From: Candidatus Poseidoniales archaeon
GTDB taxonomy: Archaea > Thermoplasmatota > Poseidoniia > Poseidoniales > Poseidoniaceae
Assembly (NCBI GenBank): GCA_013911465.1
Contig: JACETE010000001.1
Location: 1-53,854, forward strand
Length of the DNA: 53,854 bases
Reading direction: 5' to 3'
The number at the start of each line of letters is the position of its first letter. Position 1 is the first letter of the stretch. The translations under genes and the position numbers were made by a program. Under the pieces are notes generated by a model. That model made no database searches and was not told the origin of the DNA. It saw nothing but the letters and a program-made list of their open reading frames with translations. Below are positions 28,609 to 37,512 of this stretch, one piece after another.

Positions 28609-31503
28609 ATGGTTCAACAAAATTGGCACTCGATGGAAAACGATGAAGTGCTATCCGTACTGGATGCAAACCCTAACGGTTTGAACCAATCTGAAATCCA
28701 TAAAAGAATGCAAAAGTATGGACCAAATCAATTGGAACAACCTGAACCAACATCGGCAATACTGAGATTTTTGTCCCAATACAATGATCCACTCAATTAT
28801 CTTCTGATTGCAGCAGCATTGGTTGCGCTGGCAATAAAGCCCGATCATCCTGGAGATGCAATCTTCATCTTCCTCGTGTTAACAGCAAATGCATTTTTTG
28901 GATTTTGGCAAGAAGGTCAAGCCGAACAAGCTATGGATGCACTGAAACAAATGAGTATTTCCAACTCCATTACACTCAGAGATGGGTTTGAATCAGAAAT
29001 CCCCACCACAGATTTAGTTCCTGGTGATATTGTAAAATTAGAGGAAGGAATTAACGTACCTGCAGACTTGAGACTTCTTGAAGTCTATCAGTGCAGGGTG
29101 GATGAATCTGCACTCACTGGAGAATCTGAACCCATTACAAAGCACCTTGAACCAATTGACGTCAATGCATTGCTATCGGACCGACGTAACATGATGTACA
29201 TGGGTACAACGGTCGCGACAGGTCGTGCAGTTGGCGTCGTTGTTGAAACAGGGATGAAAACACAACTCGGACGTATTGCGAGTGATATTTCAGATGCCCA
29301 GACACCAAAAACACCACTAGAGTTGAAACTCGAATCCTTGGGAAGGTTCCTCGGATTCATTGCATTAATTGTTGCAGTATTACTCGTATCAATCAAGTTA
29401 ATTCTCGCATATGGTGGCCCGATTCCACTCAAGGAAGTAGCGATTAAACAATTCATTACAGCTATTGCAATTTTCGTTGCGATTGTTCCAGAAGGCCTTC
29501 CGATTATTCTTGTTATCACCTTGTCGCTTGGAATGAGAAACATGGCTCGTCACAAGGCGATAATCCGTAGGATGAAAGCCGTGGAAACACTTGGTTCTAC
29601 CACTGTCATTTGCTCAGACAAGACGGGAACGCTAACAAAGAATCAAATGACTGTGCGGCAACTTCACACCGTTGATGGTTATTATGGTGTAACTGGAGAC
29701 GGGTTTAGTCCAAAGGGAACACTTGTACATGACGGAAATGAACTTGATGAAGATGCAATGTCTTCATTACAGGCTGATCCAGGATTTCGATTACTAGCAT
29801 CCTGTTTATCGCTGTGCCATAACTCTCAAATCAGTAAACAAGAAGGTCGATGGACTGCAATAGGCGACCCTACTGATTCGGCTTGCGCAGTTTTGGGTTG
29901 GAAACTCAATGGGAATGTTCGGAAATTCACACAACGACATCCAAGGCTTCATGAATTCTTCTTCGATACAGAACGAAAGCGTATGTCCGTCATTCACGAA
30001 TATGAAGGCGAGCGTTGGGTATTTGCAAAAGGTGCTGCTGGAGGATTTGTTCCAATCACCAAATACAGGTATCTTGATGGGGAATTGGTTGAAATTAGCG
30101 GAGAAGATCTGAAAGCTGCTTCAGTACGCAATAAAGAAATGGGTTCACAATCAATGCGTGTTATTGCCTTGGCAGCTCGCAAATTGGAAGAGGACGAGGA
30201 TATTACAGACATCTCTGTTGTCGAAAATGAACTCATTTTCCTAGGCTTGGTTGGTATTATGGATCCTCCTCGGCCTGAAGTGAAGGAAGCAATCAGAATC
30301 TGTCAAGAGGCAGGTATCAAAGTAAAAATGATCACGGGCGATCATCACATGACCGCTTCTGCCATCGGCCAAGAACTTGCAATACAAGGCGCGGAAAATG
30401 ATCCAGTGAGTGGTGCCGAACTCAGGTCTATGACCGATGAAACACTCTCCGATTCTGTTGACAAAGCAATCTTTTCCAGAGTTACACCCGACCAAAAAAT
30501 GAGAATAGTTTCCTCCCTGCAAGAGCGGGGCGAAATAGTTGCAATGACCGGAGATGGTGTCAATGATGCTCCTGCATTGTCAGGTGCCAATATAGGTATT
30601 GCAATGGGCATTGCTGGAACAGACGTTGCAAAAGATGCAGCAGACATGGTCCTGCAGGATGATAATTTTGCAAACATTGTACACGCTGTTGAAGAGGGTA
30701 GGAAAATCTATCAAAACATACGAAACTTTGTTCGATACCAAGTTTCCACAAACGTTGCTGCTGTCGCATTAATCGTCATTTCCACCTTCATATTTGGTTG
30801 GGAGTTGCCTCTTACTGCAACACAAATTCTGGTCATCAATATTCTGATGGATGGCCCGCCTGCAGTCGCACTGGGAGTAGAGAAACGTCATGGCAATGTT
30901 ATGGCGCGTCCTCCTCGCCCTGTTGATGAAGGACTACCAAATTCAAGAGACATTGGGTTGATTTTCTATCTCGGTGCAGTGATGGTCATTGGAACGTTAA
31001 TCGTATTCTTCCTCGCTGGAGGCGGTGTTTATGGACCCGGGAACGAGTGCACTCTTGCACCGTTCGCAACGGAAGCGGATGCTGGCTTTTCTGTAGCTGA
31101 TTGTCTGGCAGGAGATGAACAAGCAATGGAAGCATACAACGTCTACGCTGAAGATGCATTTGCGAATGCACAAACAATGACCTTTACGGTATTCATTGTC
31201 TTCCAGTTGTTTAACGTTCTCAATTGCAGATCTGAAAAAGAGAGTCTCTTCTCATTAGGTCTCTTCTCCAACGGAGCCATCAATTATGCAATTCTTGCAT
31301 CTGGTTTCCTTCTCTTCTTGTTTGTACACTTTGCTACGTTCCCTCTACCATTAATTGGTATAGAATTTGGCAATCTTCTCAGTACTACTCCATTAGAAGG
31401 CATCGACTGGCTGGTGTTGATAGCAGTTGCTTCAACCGTTTTCTTGGTCGAAGAATTCCGAAAATTGATGATTAAATCTCGCTTCTTTAGCGTACGTCGT
31501 TGA
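28609..31503 (+). CDS. P2-type cation-transporting P-type ATPase (Ca2+/Na+-type)
   Basis: TGESEP, the M4 motif VPEGLP, the phosphorylation site CSDKTGTLT, MITGDH and TGDGVNDAPAL. GGGGTGA lies upstream of the ATG. Confidence 0.95.
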   Translation: MVQQNWHSMENDEVLSVLDANPNGLNQSEIHKRMQKYGPNQLEQPEPTSAILRFLSQYNDPLNYLLIAAALVALAIKPDHPGDAIFIFLVLTANAFFGFWQEGQAEQAMDALKQMSISNSITLRDGFESEIPTTDLVPGDIVKLEEGINVPADLRLLEVYQCRVDESALTGESEPITKHLEPIDVNALLSDRRNMMYMGTTVATGRAVGVVVETGMKTQLGRIASDISDAQTPKTPLELKLESLGRFLGFIALIVAVLLVSIKLILAYGGPIPLKEVAIKQFITAIAIFVAIVPEGLPIILVITLSLGMRNMARHKAIIRRMKAVETLGSTTVICSDKTGTLTKNQMTVRQLHTVDGYYGVTGDGFSPKGTLVHDGNELDEDAMSSLQADPGFRLLASCLSLCHNSQISKQEGRWTAIGDPTDSACAVLGWKLNGNVRKFTQRHPRLHEFFFDTERKRMSVIHEYEGERWVFAKGAAGGFVPITKYRYLDGELVEISGEDLKAASVRNKEMGSQSMRVIALAARKLEEDEDITDISVVENELIFLGLVGIMDPPRPEVKEAIRICQEAGIKVKMITGDHHMTASAIGQELAIQGAENDPVSGAELRSMTDETLSDSVDKAIFSRVTPDQKMRIVSSLQERGEIVAMTGDGVNDAPALSGANIGIAMGIAGTDVAKDAADMVLQDDNFANIVHAVEEGRKIYQNIRNFVRYQVSTNVAAVALIVISTFIFGWELPLTATQILVINILMDGPPAVALGVEKRHGNVMARPPRPVDEGLPNSRDIGLIFYLGAVMVIGTLIVFFLAGGGVYGPGNECTLAPFATEADAGFSVADCLAGDEQAMEAYNVYAEDAFANAQTMTFTVFIVFQLFNVLNCRSEKESLFSLGLFSNGAINYAILASGFLLFLFVHFATFPLPLIGIEFGNLLSTTPLEGIDWLVLIAVASTVFLVEEFRKLMIKSRFFSVRR

Positions 31504-31552
31504 GTTGTGGATGAATCCACATCTTCTTGAAGAATGAATTCGAGGATAAGGC

Positions 31553-32752
31553 ATGACTGAGTGGGTTTCAACCAGACTTCTGGCTGACCGAAATCCAGAT
31601 TGGCAAAAGAGTCTCAGTGAATTTCTATCGAAGGAATCGTGGTCAGAAGACCTCCAGCCGATTGTTGATAAGATCCTCAAAGGAACTCCCCTAAACCGAT
31701 TCGACGGTGTTGAATTGTTCAACACTCCCAATCTCTTCGAACTTGGTAAGTTAGCCCATCTCCATAAAGTTGCAATGTTTGGAAATCGTGCATATTTTAA
31801 TTCTAATGTTCACGTTAATCAAACCAATATTTGCGTACTTGCTTGCAGATTTTGTGCCTTTCGAAGAGGTCCAAAAGCTGAAGATGCCTATGCTCTTACC
31901 ATTGATAATTATCTGGATGAGTTGTCGAAATTTTCACCCTTTGTGAACGAGGTTCATTCAGTAGGCGGGTTGCATCCTGAATGGACCGTTGAGCACTATT
32001 CACAACTGTTCGAACGGATACGCCGAGAACACCCACATATTTCGATCAAAGCACTAACTGCAGTTGAAATCAAACACCTCTCCCAACTCTCGAATCTCTC
32101 AATTATTGATACGTTGAGTATACTCCAACAATCAGGTCTAACCTCTCTTCCAGGTGGAGGCGCCGAGATACTTGATGACGAAGTACGCGCAGTTATTTGT
32201 AACGGAAAAGAATCAAGCCAGGAGTATCTCGACATTCATCGCGCAGCACATACAATTGGCTTACCAAGTAATTGTACAATGTTGTTTGGTACAATTGAAA
32301 CTGTTGAACAGCGCGTCGAACACATTCTCAAGTTACGAGATTTAGGAACAGAGACGAACGGATTTCAATGCTTCGTACCTTACCCCTTCCTCCCGGATTC
32401 AACACGATTACCAATGGCTCAACTTTCAACAGGCCAAGAAATCTTGCGAGTCATTGCCGTCTCTCGAATTCTTCTTGACAGCATACCACACATCAAAGCA
32501 TATCGAATGAATATTGGTGATGAACTTGCTGAACTCGCTCTACAATTTGGTGCAGATGATATCGATGGAACCGTGCAACAAGAATCGATTATGCATCTTG
32601 CTGGTTCAACCACTCCATTAACACACGATCTTCTTCAATTGTCTAAACTCGTTGAAAATGCTGGATGCATTCCAGTCAAGCGAAATACAACATACACCTC
32701 GTTTGAAGAATATACGCCTCCTCAACCGGTCAAAAGGCTTCCAATGGCATGA
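31553..32752 (+). CDS. Radical SAM enzyme of the futalosine pathway (MqnE/MqnC type; aminofutalosine synthase or cyclic dehypoxanthine futalosine synthase)
   Basis: CVLACRFCAF CxxxCxxC cluster after NVHVNQTN, GGLHPEW, LPGGGAEIL and GLPSNCTMLFGTIET. mqnA follows immediately. I cannot separate MqnE from MqnC by eye. Confidence 0.8.
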   Translation: MTEWVSTRLLADRNPDWQKSLSEFLSKESWSEDLQPIVDKILKGTPLNRFDGVELFNTPNLFELGKLAHLHKVAMFGNRAYFNSNVHVNQTNICVLACRFCAFRRGPKAEDAYALTIDNYLDELSKFSPFVNEVHSVGGLHPEWTVEHYSQLFERIRREHPHISIKALTAVEIKHLSQLSNLSIIDTLSILQQSGLTSLPGGGAEILDDEVRAVICNGKESSQEYLDIHRAAHTIGLPSNCTMLFGTIETVEQRVEHILKLRDLGTETNGFQCFVPYPFLPDSTRLPMAQLSTGQEILRVIAVSRILLDSIPHIKAYRMNIGDELAELALQFGADDIDGTVQQESIMHLAGSTTPLTHDLLQLSKLVENAGCIPVKRNTTYTSFEEYTPPQPVKRLPMA

Positions 32753-32785
32753 GGTGATTTATTGATTCAAAATGTACCACGATGG

Positions 32786-33565
32786 ATGAATACAATAGGC
32801 AGAGTTGCATTCATGAATTGTGATCCGCTATTTATTGGATTGGACAGCTCGTTTCACGTTTTACCAGCCCCCCCTTCTTGGTTAACTGGTCATCTCCTGC
32901 GACGGGATTGTGTCCTTGCTCCGATTCCCGCAGCCGATTTTGCAAAACACCATGAGGAATTGGCTCTTGTTCCAGAAATAGGAATATGCTCGAAGGGTGA
33001 AGTAGGAAGTGTCTTGGTTTTTGGAAATCGACCGTTAGAAGAAATGAGAGACATTGCTCTGCCAACGGATTCATCCTCTTCTGTTGCACTTCTCAAATTC
33101 CTACTGAAAGAGCGAGGCCTTGATCCACGTCCTGTTGAGATGGGGCCTGATCTTGATTCGATGCTTGAACGGTGTGATGGAGCATTACTGATTGGAGACA
33201 GGGCTCTTGATCGAGCAAAAACAGATCCAGAACTTGTTCGTCTCGACCTCGGCCAGGCCTGGTTAGAACGTACCGGTCAACCAATGGTATTCGGTGTCTT
33301 CGCGGCTCGAAAAGATACACCAATTGAAGCGGTTCGTTTGGCGCATCAAGCACTTTTGGAACGATTGCACTCATTTGAAAACGATCCGCTAACGAGGGAG
33401 AAGGTTCTGCTACACGCGCATTTGCACTCTGATATGTCAATGGATCGATTAAATCGATATTTCGGAGAAGTTTTCAACCGTCTTGATGACGAGCATGTCG
33501 ATGGATTACAAGAATATCTCATGCGATGTTGCGGAATGGAAGAAAAGTTGACATTCCTGTGGTAA
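32786..33565 (+). CDS. mqnA: MqnA-like chorismate dehydratase (VitK2 biosynthesis family)
   Basis: RVAFMNCDPLF N-terminus, GSVLVFG, ALPTDSSSSVALLKFLL, ALLIGDRAL and DLGQAWLERTGQPMVFGVFAAR match the MqnA pattern. The start may be the TTG at 32762 or the ATG at 32786. Confidence 0.75.
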   Translation: MNTIGRVAFMNCDPLFIGLDSSFHVLPAPPSWLTGHLLRRDCVLAPIPAADFAKHHEELALVPEIGICSKGEVGSVLVFGNRPLEEMRDIALPTDSSSSVALLKFLLKERGLDPRPVEMGPDLDSMLERCDGALLIGDRALDRAKTDPELVRLDLGQAWLERTGQPMVFGVFAARKDTPIEAVRLAHQALLERLHSFENDPLTREKVLLHAHLHSDMSMDRLNRYFGEVFNRLDDEHVDGLQEYLMRCCGMEEKLTFLW

Positions 33566-33579
33566 ATCACATATCTCAG

Positions 33580-35745
33580 TCAATTAAAATCATCTTCGGA
33601 TTGGGGTCTCTTGACAGCTCTGCGCCTCCGTGGTTCTGATGTTGTCTGGGAATCACTAAGTTTTCGCCGTTTTGTACGAACAGGTTCTTTTGTTGATTGT
33701 TTCGCTTTTCGTTTCCGAACGACTTCTTGAGAGGACTCTTGGAGAAGTTTTTCTGCTTCGTTAACAGAACGCTTGCGCACGGGTACTCGTTTTGATGCTA
33801 CTGTCTTCTCATCAGGTTGCTCCATTTGTTGTGGTTCTTCGAACTCCTCTAATTCATTAAAGAATGAATCCTCGATGTATTCATCCTCATCATCATCGAA
33901 TTCTTCATCATCAAGCGTTATTTGATAAGATGACTTACTCGATTGCTTTCGGAATAAAAAGATACCACCAAGAACTGATGCCCCAATTCCAAGGAGAAGA
34001 ACAACTAGAACTATCGGTGAAGAAATCAATGACGTAGCATCGATATCCTGATCATCAGTTTGAACGATTGTGAGTGAAAATTGAACACTTTCTTCCTGAA
34101 TGTGCCATGGAACATATTGTTCAGAATTGATTCCTTCTCCACTTAGTGTGACAAAAATAGGATGCTGTTCACTTAATTCTGTGATACTACCGTTTGCTGG
34201 GAATCGATGATTATCAAGTTGAATCGTCAATTGATCTAGGTTTTGAGGCGCATCAAATCGATACGTTAATTGGATTGAATATCGGATGTGTGATGTCTTA
34301 TCATTTGCAGGCATGAGAACCATGCCTTCAGTCACTTTACAATCAAATTCATCCAGTGCAATCGATGTGTTTTGAATTGAAATGAATGAGGCTATAGATG
34401 CCGCTATGACATCTTGCTGCATACTGAGGCATATAGAGTCAGCAAACAATTGAGTTTCATCCTGAGAGAGTCTAATGTCTGTATCGAGTGAGAATCTCGA
34501 GATGTCCCGAATACTTGCAGAATGTTGCTTGTTGAGTGTAAATGATTGATCAACAATAAGATGTGTTGAATTGAGAATCAACTCGATGCTGCGGATATAG
34601 TTTTCATTCGGCAAGAGTTCACATGCTATGCCAACATCAACACAATTGAGATCCCAGTTGTCTTCAATTCCATCCCCGTCGTCATCGGAATCCAATGAGT
34701 CTGGAACACCGTCGCCGTCCGTATCTGTACCGGAATCTCCGAGCCCGAGTTTCTCAATTTCCGTTGCGTATGCGACAATGTAATCCACTTTGGAGTTTGT
34801 GAAAAGATTGGAAAGTTCACCAATTTCATTGGTTATCATTGAATAATCTGTTATTTCATGGAACATGGTAAGTTGACCAATTGTGATTTCATTGAGGAGA
34901 TCATATGCAAGGATGTGCTGATACGGTGAATCTTTGTGCGCATAAATAATATTCAGGTCATCATTAATTTCATATCTCAATACGTCATCAATGTCAATAG
35001 CTTTTAGTTCTGCACCTGAAAATGTCCATTTTCTGATTCCATTATCGGGGGTGGCAATTGAGAAATATTCATCATCTTTTCCGATTGTACAAGCATTGAT
35101 GGTTGATTGCAATTGAATCGTCTGGTGGAGAACCTCACCATCGTCATCCCACAGTTGAATCAATCCATTGCGATCTGCTGTGAGGACACTGCCACTTGAT
35201 TCCGATACATCGAAACACGCCATCGGCCCAGTGTGATTTCCAATGTAAGATGACTCTTGTTCGAGTGTGTCTCGGTTGAGTTGAAGAACCCCGGTTTCAG
35301 GAGAATTTGCGTAAACGTTAGCACCATTTGGTGACCACATGAGGATATGAGCATTGGATATGGTTTCATCACTCGAGATTATTGTAGATAGGTCTGAGGT
35401 TGTGATGATATGAATCGTGTCACTGTTTGACGCAGTGGTCCGAAGTGTTAGGGCGATCTTAGTTTCATCAGGTGAAAGTGAAGTAGCAAGAATTTCAGTA
35501 TCAAAAATACGCTCTTGAAGGACAGTTCCATCTGAATCAAGTTTGTACATATTCGAACCGAATGAAGCAAAAATATTCTGTGACGAATCAGCCTCGATAG
35601 TTCTGTGACCACTATCAGCATTTTCGACGACGAATGCTTCTTTGAAGAAGAGTCCTGTGGCGGGTGTTGCACCAGCAGAACCGACAATTGCAATCATGAA
35701 ACACACCAACAAAAGAGACGCCCCCTGTCGGATTCTGTTTTCCAT
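33580..35745 (-). CDS. Membrane-anchored surface protein: signal peptide, beta-propeller-like repeats, TSP3-like Ca-binding repeat, C-terminal TM helix, strongly charged cytoplasmic tail
   Basis: N-terminal hydrophobic segment LLLVCFMIAIVGSAGA. WD/PQQ-like repeat strings (LSPDETKIALT, MWSPNGANVYA, VLTADRNGLIQLWDDDGE). GTDTDGDGVPDSLDSDDDGDGIEDNWD. TM helix IVLVVLLLGIGASVLGGIFLF. The tail has an acidic block followed by a basic block. Confidence 0.75.
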   Translation of the reverse strand: MENRIRQGASLLLVCFMIAIVGSAGATPATGLFFKEAFVVENADSGHRTIEADSSQNIFASFGSNMYKLDSDGTVLQERIFDTEILATSLSPDETKIALTLRTTASNSDTIHIITTSDLSTIISSDETISNAHILMWSPNGANVYANSPETGVLQLNRDTLEQESSYIGNHTGPMACFDVSESSGSVLTADRNGLIQLWDDDGEVLHQTIQLQSTINACTIGKDDEYFSIATPDNGIRKWTFSGAELKAIDIDDVLRYEINDDLNIIYAHKDSPYQHILAYDLLNEITIGQLTMFHEITDYSMITNEIGELSNLFTNSKVDYIVAYATEIEKLGLGDSGTDTDGDGVPDSLDSDDDGDGIEDNWDLNCVDVGIACELLPNENYIRSIELILNSTHLIVDQSFTLNKQHSASIRDISRFSLDTDIRLSQDETQLFADSICLSMQQDVIAASIASFISIQNTSIALDEFDCKVTEGMVLMPANDKTSHIRYSIQLTYRFDAPQNLDQLTIQLDNHRFPANGSITELSEQHPIFVTLSGEGINSEQYVPWHIQEESVQFSLTIVQTDDQDIDATSLISSPIVLVVLLLGIGASVLGGIFLFRKQSSKSSYQITLDDEEFDDDEDEYIEDSFFNELEEFEEPQQMEQPDEKTVASKRVPVRKRSVNEAEKLLQESSQEVVRKRKAKQSTKEPVRTKRRKLSDSQTTSEPRRRRAVKRPQSEDDFN

Positions 35746-35768
35746 GTCGTGAACTATGTCACCAATTA

Positions 35769-35807
35769 CATAAACAATCCGTATTTTGACCTTGCCAGTT
35801 GTTTATG
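35769..35807. promoter_or_regulatory. Perfect 9-bp inverted repeat (CATAAACAA / TTGTTTATG, 21-nt spacer) in a divergent intergenic region; candidate paired TATA-like elements or an operator
   Basis: Read directly from the sequence. Each arm presents TTTATG toward one of the two divergent genes (35745 minus, 35852 plus). Confidence 0.35.
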
Positions 35808-35851
35808 GAATGATGCGGTTGGTTCTTGAAGGGAGTGACTTTGGTTTGGCC

Positions 35852-36733
35852 ATGTCGAAACTACCACGAGACGATGATGGCAATTTAATTGTCAGGATTG
35901 GACACTCTCCAGACCCAGATGATGCATTTATGTTTCATGCAATGACCACGAATGCATTTCCTACGCCCGGTTACAATTTCGTACATGAACTGCAAGATAT
36001 TGAAACGCTCAATCACCGCGCAATGAATCAGGAATTGGAAGTCTCAGCAGTCTCCATCCATGCATATCCTGATATTTCAGAACACTACGCACTGATGAAC
36101 TGCGGTGCATCAATGGGAGAAGGATATGGGCCAATGATTGTTGCAAAACAGGGCTTGTCTTTGGAACAAGCAAAAGAATCTGTAATTGCAATCCCTGGTA
36201 TCAAGACATCTGCTTATCTCGGTCTTCGATTGGCTTGGGGCGATGTGAAGTTCGAAGTTGTACCCTTTGATGAAATCATTCCTCGTATTCTTGACGATAC
36301 TTACGCATGTGGCCTCATCATACACGAAGGTCAACTCACGTATGTTGAACACGATCTCAATGTTCTTATCGATCTAGGTGTTTGGTGGAATGAACGAACA
36401 GATGGTTGGCCAATGCCACTTGGCGGCAATGTCGTTCGCAGAGATTTGGGGCAGGATATAATGGAAGACATTACGATGTATACCAAAATGAGTATCGAGC
36501 ATTCCATTCAACATCCAGATGAGGCTTTGGAGTTTGCCAAAGCATGGGGTAGAGGTATCGATGACGAGACAAATCAGAAATTCGTCACTATGTACGTTAA
36601 TGACCGGACAATCGATTACAAACCTGAAGGTCGTTCCTCCATCCGCCAATTTTTGAAAGAAGGGCAAGAAATTGGAATGATTCGTGCCGATTTTGACATA
36701 GATGGTCTTTCATTCATTGGTTCAAAGGAGTGA
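35852..36733 (+). CDS. mqnD: MqnD, 1,4-dihydroxy-6-naphthoate synthase
   Basis: RIGHSPDPDDAFMFHAM, DIETLN, EVSAVSIHAY and GASMGEGYGPMIVA match the MqnD pattern. The ATG at 35852 is preceded by GAAGGGAGTGA. Confidence 0.85.
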   Translation: MSKLPRDDDGNLIVRIGHSPDPDDAFMFHAMTTNAFPTPGYNFVHELQDIETLNHRAMNQELEVSAVSIHAYPDISEHYALMNCGASMGEGYGPMIVAKQGLSLEQAKESVIAIPGIKTSAYLGLRLAWGDVKFEVVPFDEIIPRILDDTYACGLIIHEGQLTYVEHDLNVLIDLGVWWNERTDGWPMPLGGNVVRRDLGQDIMEDITMYTKMSIEHSIQHPDEALEFAKAWGRGIDDETNQKFVTMYVNDRTIDYKPEGRSSIRQFLKEGQEIGMIRADFDIDGLSFIGSKE

Positions 36734-37215
36734 TTACGGTGGAACTAAGACCGGCAACCAGTGAATATGGTTCAGTCGACCCAGCACCTCCATCAAATAC
36801 GGTTCAGTTGAATGAATTACGAACTGTTCTTCTCGATGAAAACGAAAAAATGTTTCAAAGGATGCGTTCTGTTTTCAAGCTACGAAATATCCGCTCACCT
36901 GAGGCTTGTCTGATTCTTTGTGAAGCATTTATCTCAGAAAGTGCTTTGCTGCGTCATGAACTAGCCTACGTTCTCGGTCAAATGCAAATGGATGAGGCGT
37001 TACCAACGTTGATCAGAATTCTTTCTGACAACAATGAGCATGTCATGGTTCGACATGAAGCTGCTGAAGCCCTTGGAGCAATAGGCAACCACAAAGCCAT
37101 CCCCACCCTCAAGAAATTCCTTTCTGATGAACACATAGAAGTGAGTGAATCCTGTGAAGTCGCACTTGATCTGATGGATTGGGTTCAAAACAGCAATGTC
37201 CCAGAATCGGCTTAA
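36730..37215 (+). CDS. Half-size deoxyhypusine hydroxylase (DOHH)-like HEAT-repeat protein
   Basis: Two DOHH-type His-Glu motifs (LLRHELAYVLGQMQ, VMVRHEAAEALGAIG), plus SVDPAPP and ESCEVALDL strings that I recall from eukaryotic DOHH. The GTG start overlaps the mqnD stop (GTGA). Confidence 0.75.
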   Translation: MITVELRPATSEYGSVDPAPPSNTVQLNELRTVLLDENEKMFQRMRSVFKLRNIRSPEACLILCEAFISESALLRHELAYVLGQMQMDEALPTLIRILSDNNEHVMVRHEAAEALGAIGNHKAIPTLKKFLSDEHIEVSESCEVALDLMDWVQNSNVPESA

Positions 37216-37263
37216 TCTATCACGACCTTTTAGAACCGAGACCTTTAGCAACAATCAGGTGAG

Positions 37264-37476
37264 ATGATGCCACACGAACATGTCCAACTTGCACAAGCAC
37301 CAAATGGAGAGATTGGACCTCGATGTCATGATTGTGGTATTCGACTTACGTTCGGTTCTGCAATGGTACACAATCAACATTACTTTTGCTGGGACCACTA
37401 TGTGGCAATCACTGGAGCCGATACCGTTACCGTTGTCGGAGAAACAGAAGAGAAATTCTACATGAAGAACGCTTAG
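37264..37476 (+). CDS. Small putative zinc-binding protein (C-x2-C ... F-C-x2-H, zf-FCS/TRASH-like)
   Basis: AGGTGA lies 6 nt upstream of the ATG. The motif is CHDCG-x17-FCWDH. The antisense 77-aa ORF looks less protein-like. Only 70 aa, so the call is tentative. Confidence 0.4.
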   Translation: MMPHEHVQLAQAPNGEIGPRCHDCGIRLTFGSAMVHNQHYFCWDHYVAITGADTVTVVGETEEKFYMKNA

Positions 37477-37512
37477 GGTCGCGTTCAAGAACTGTCAATT
37501 TCTGGGCTTAAC

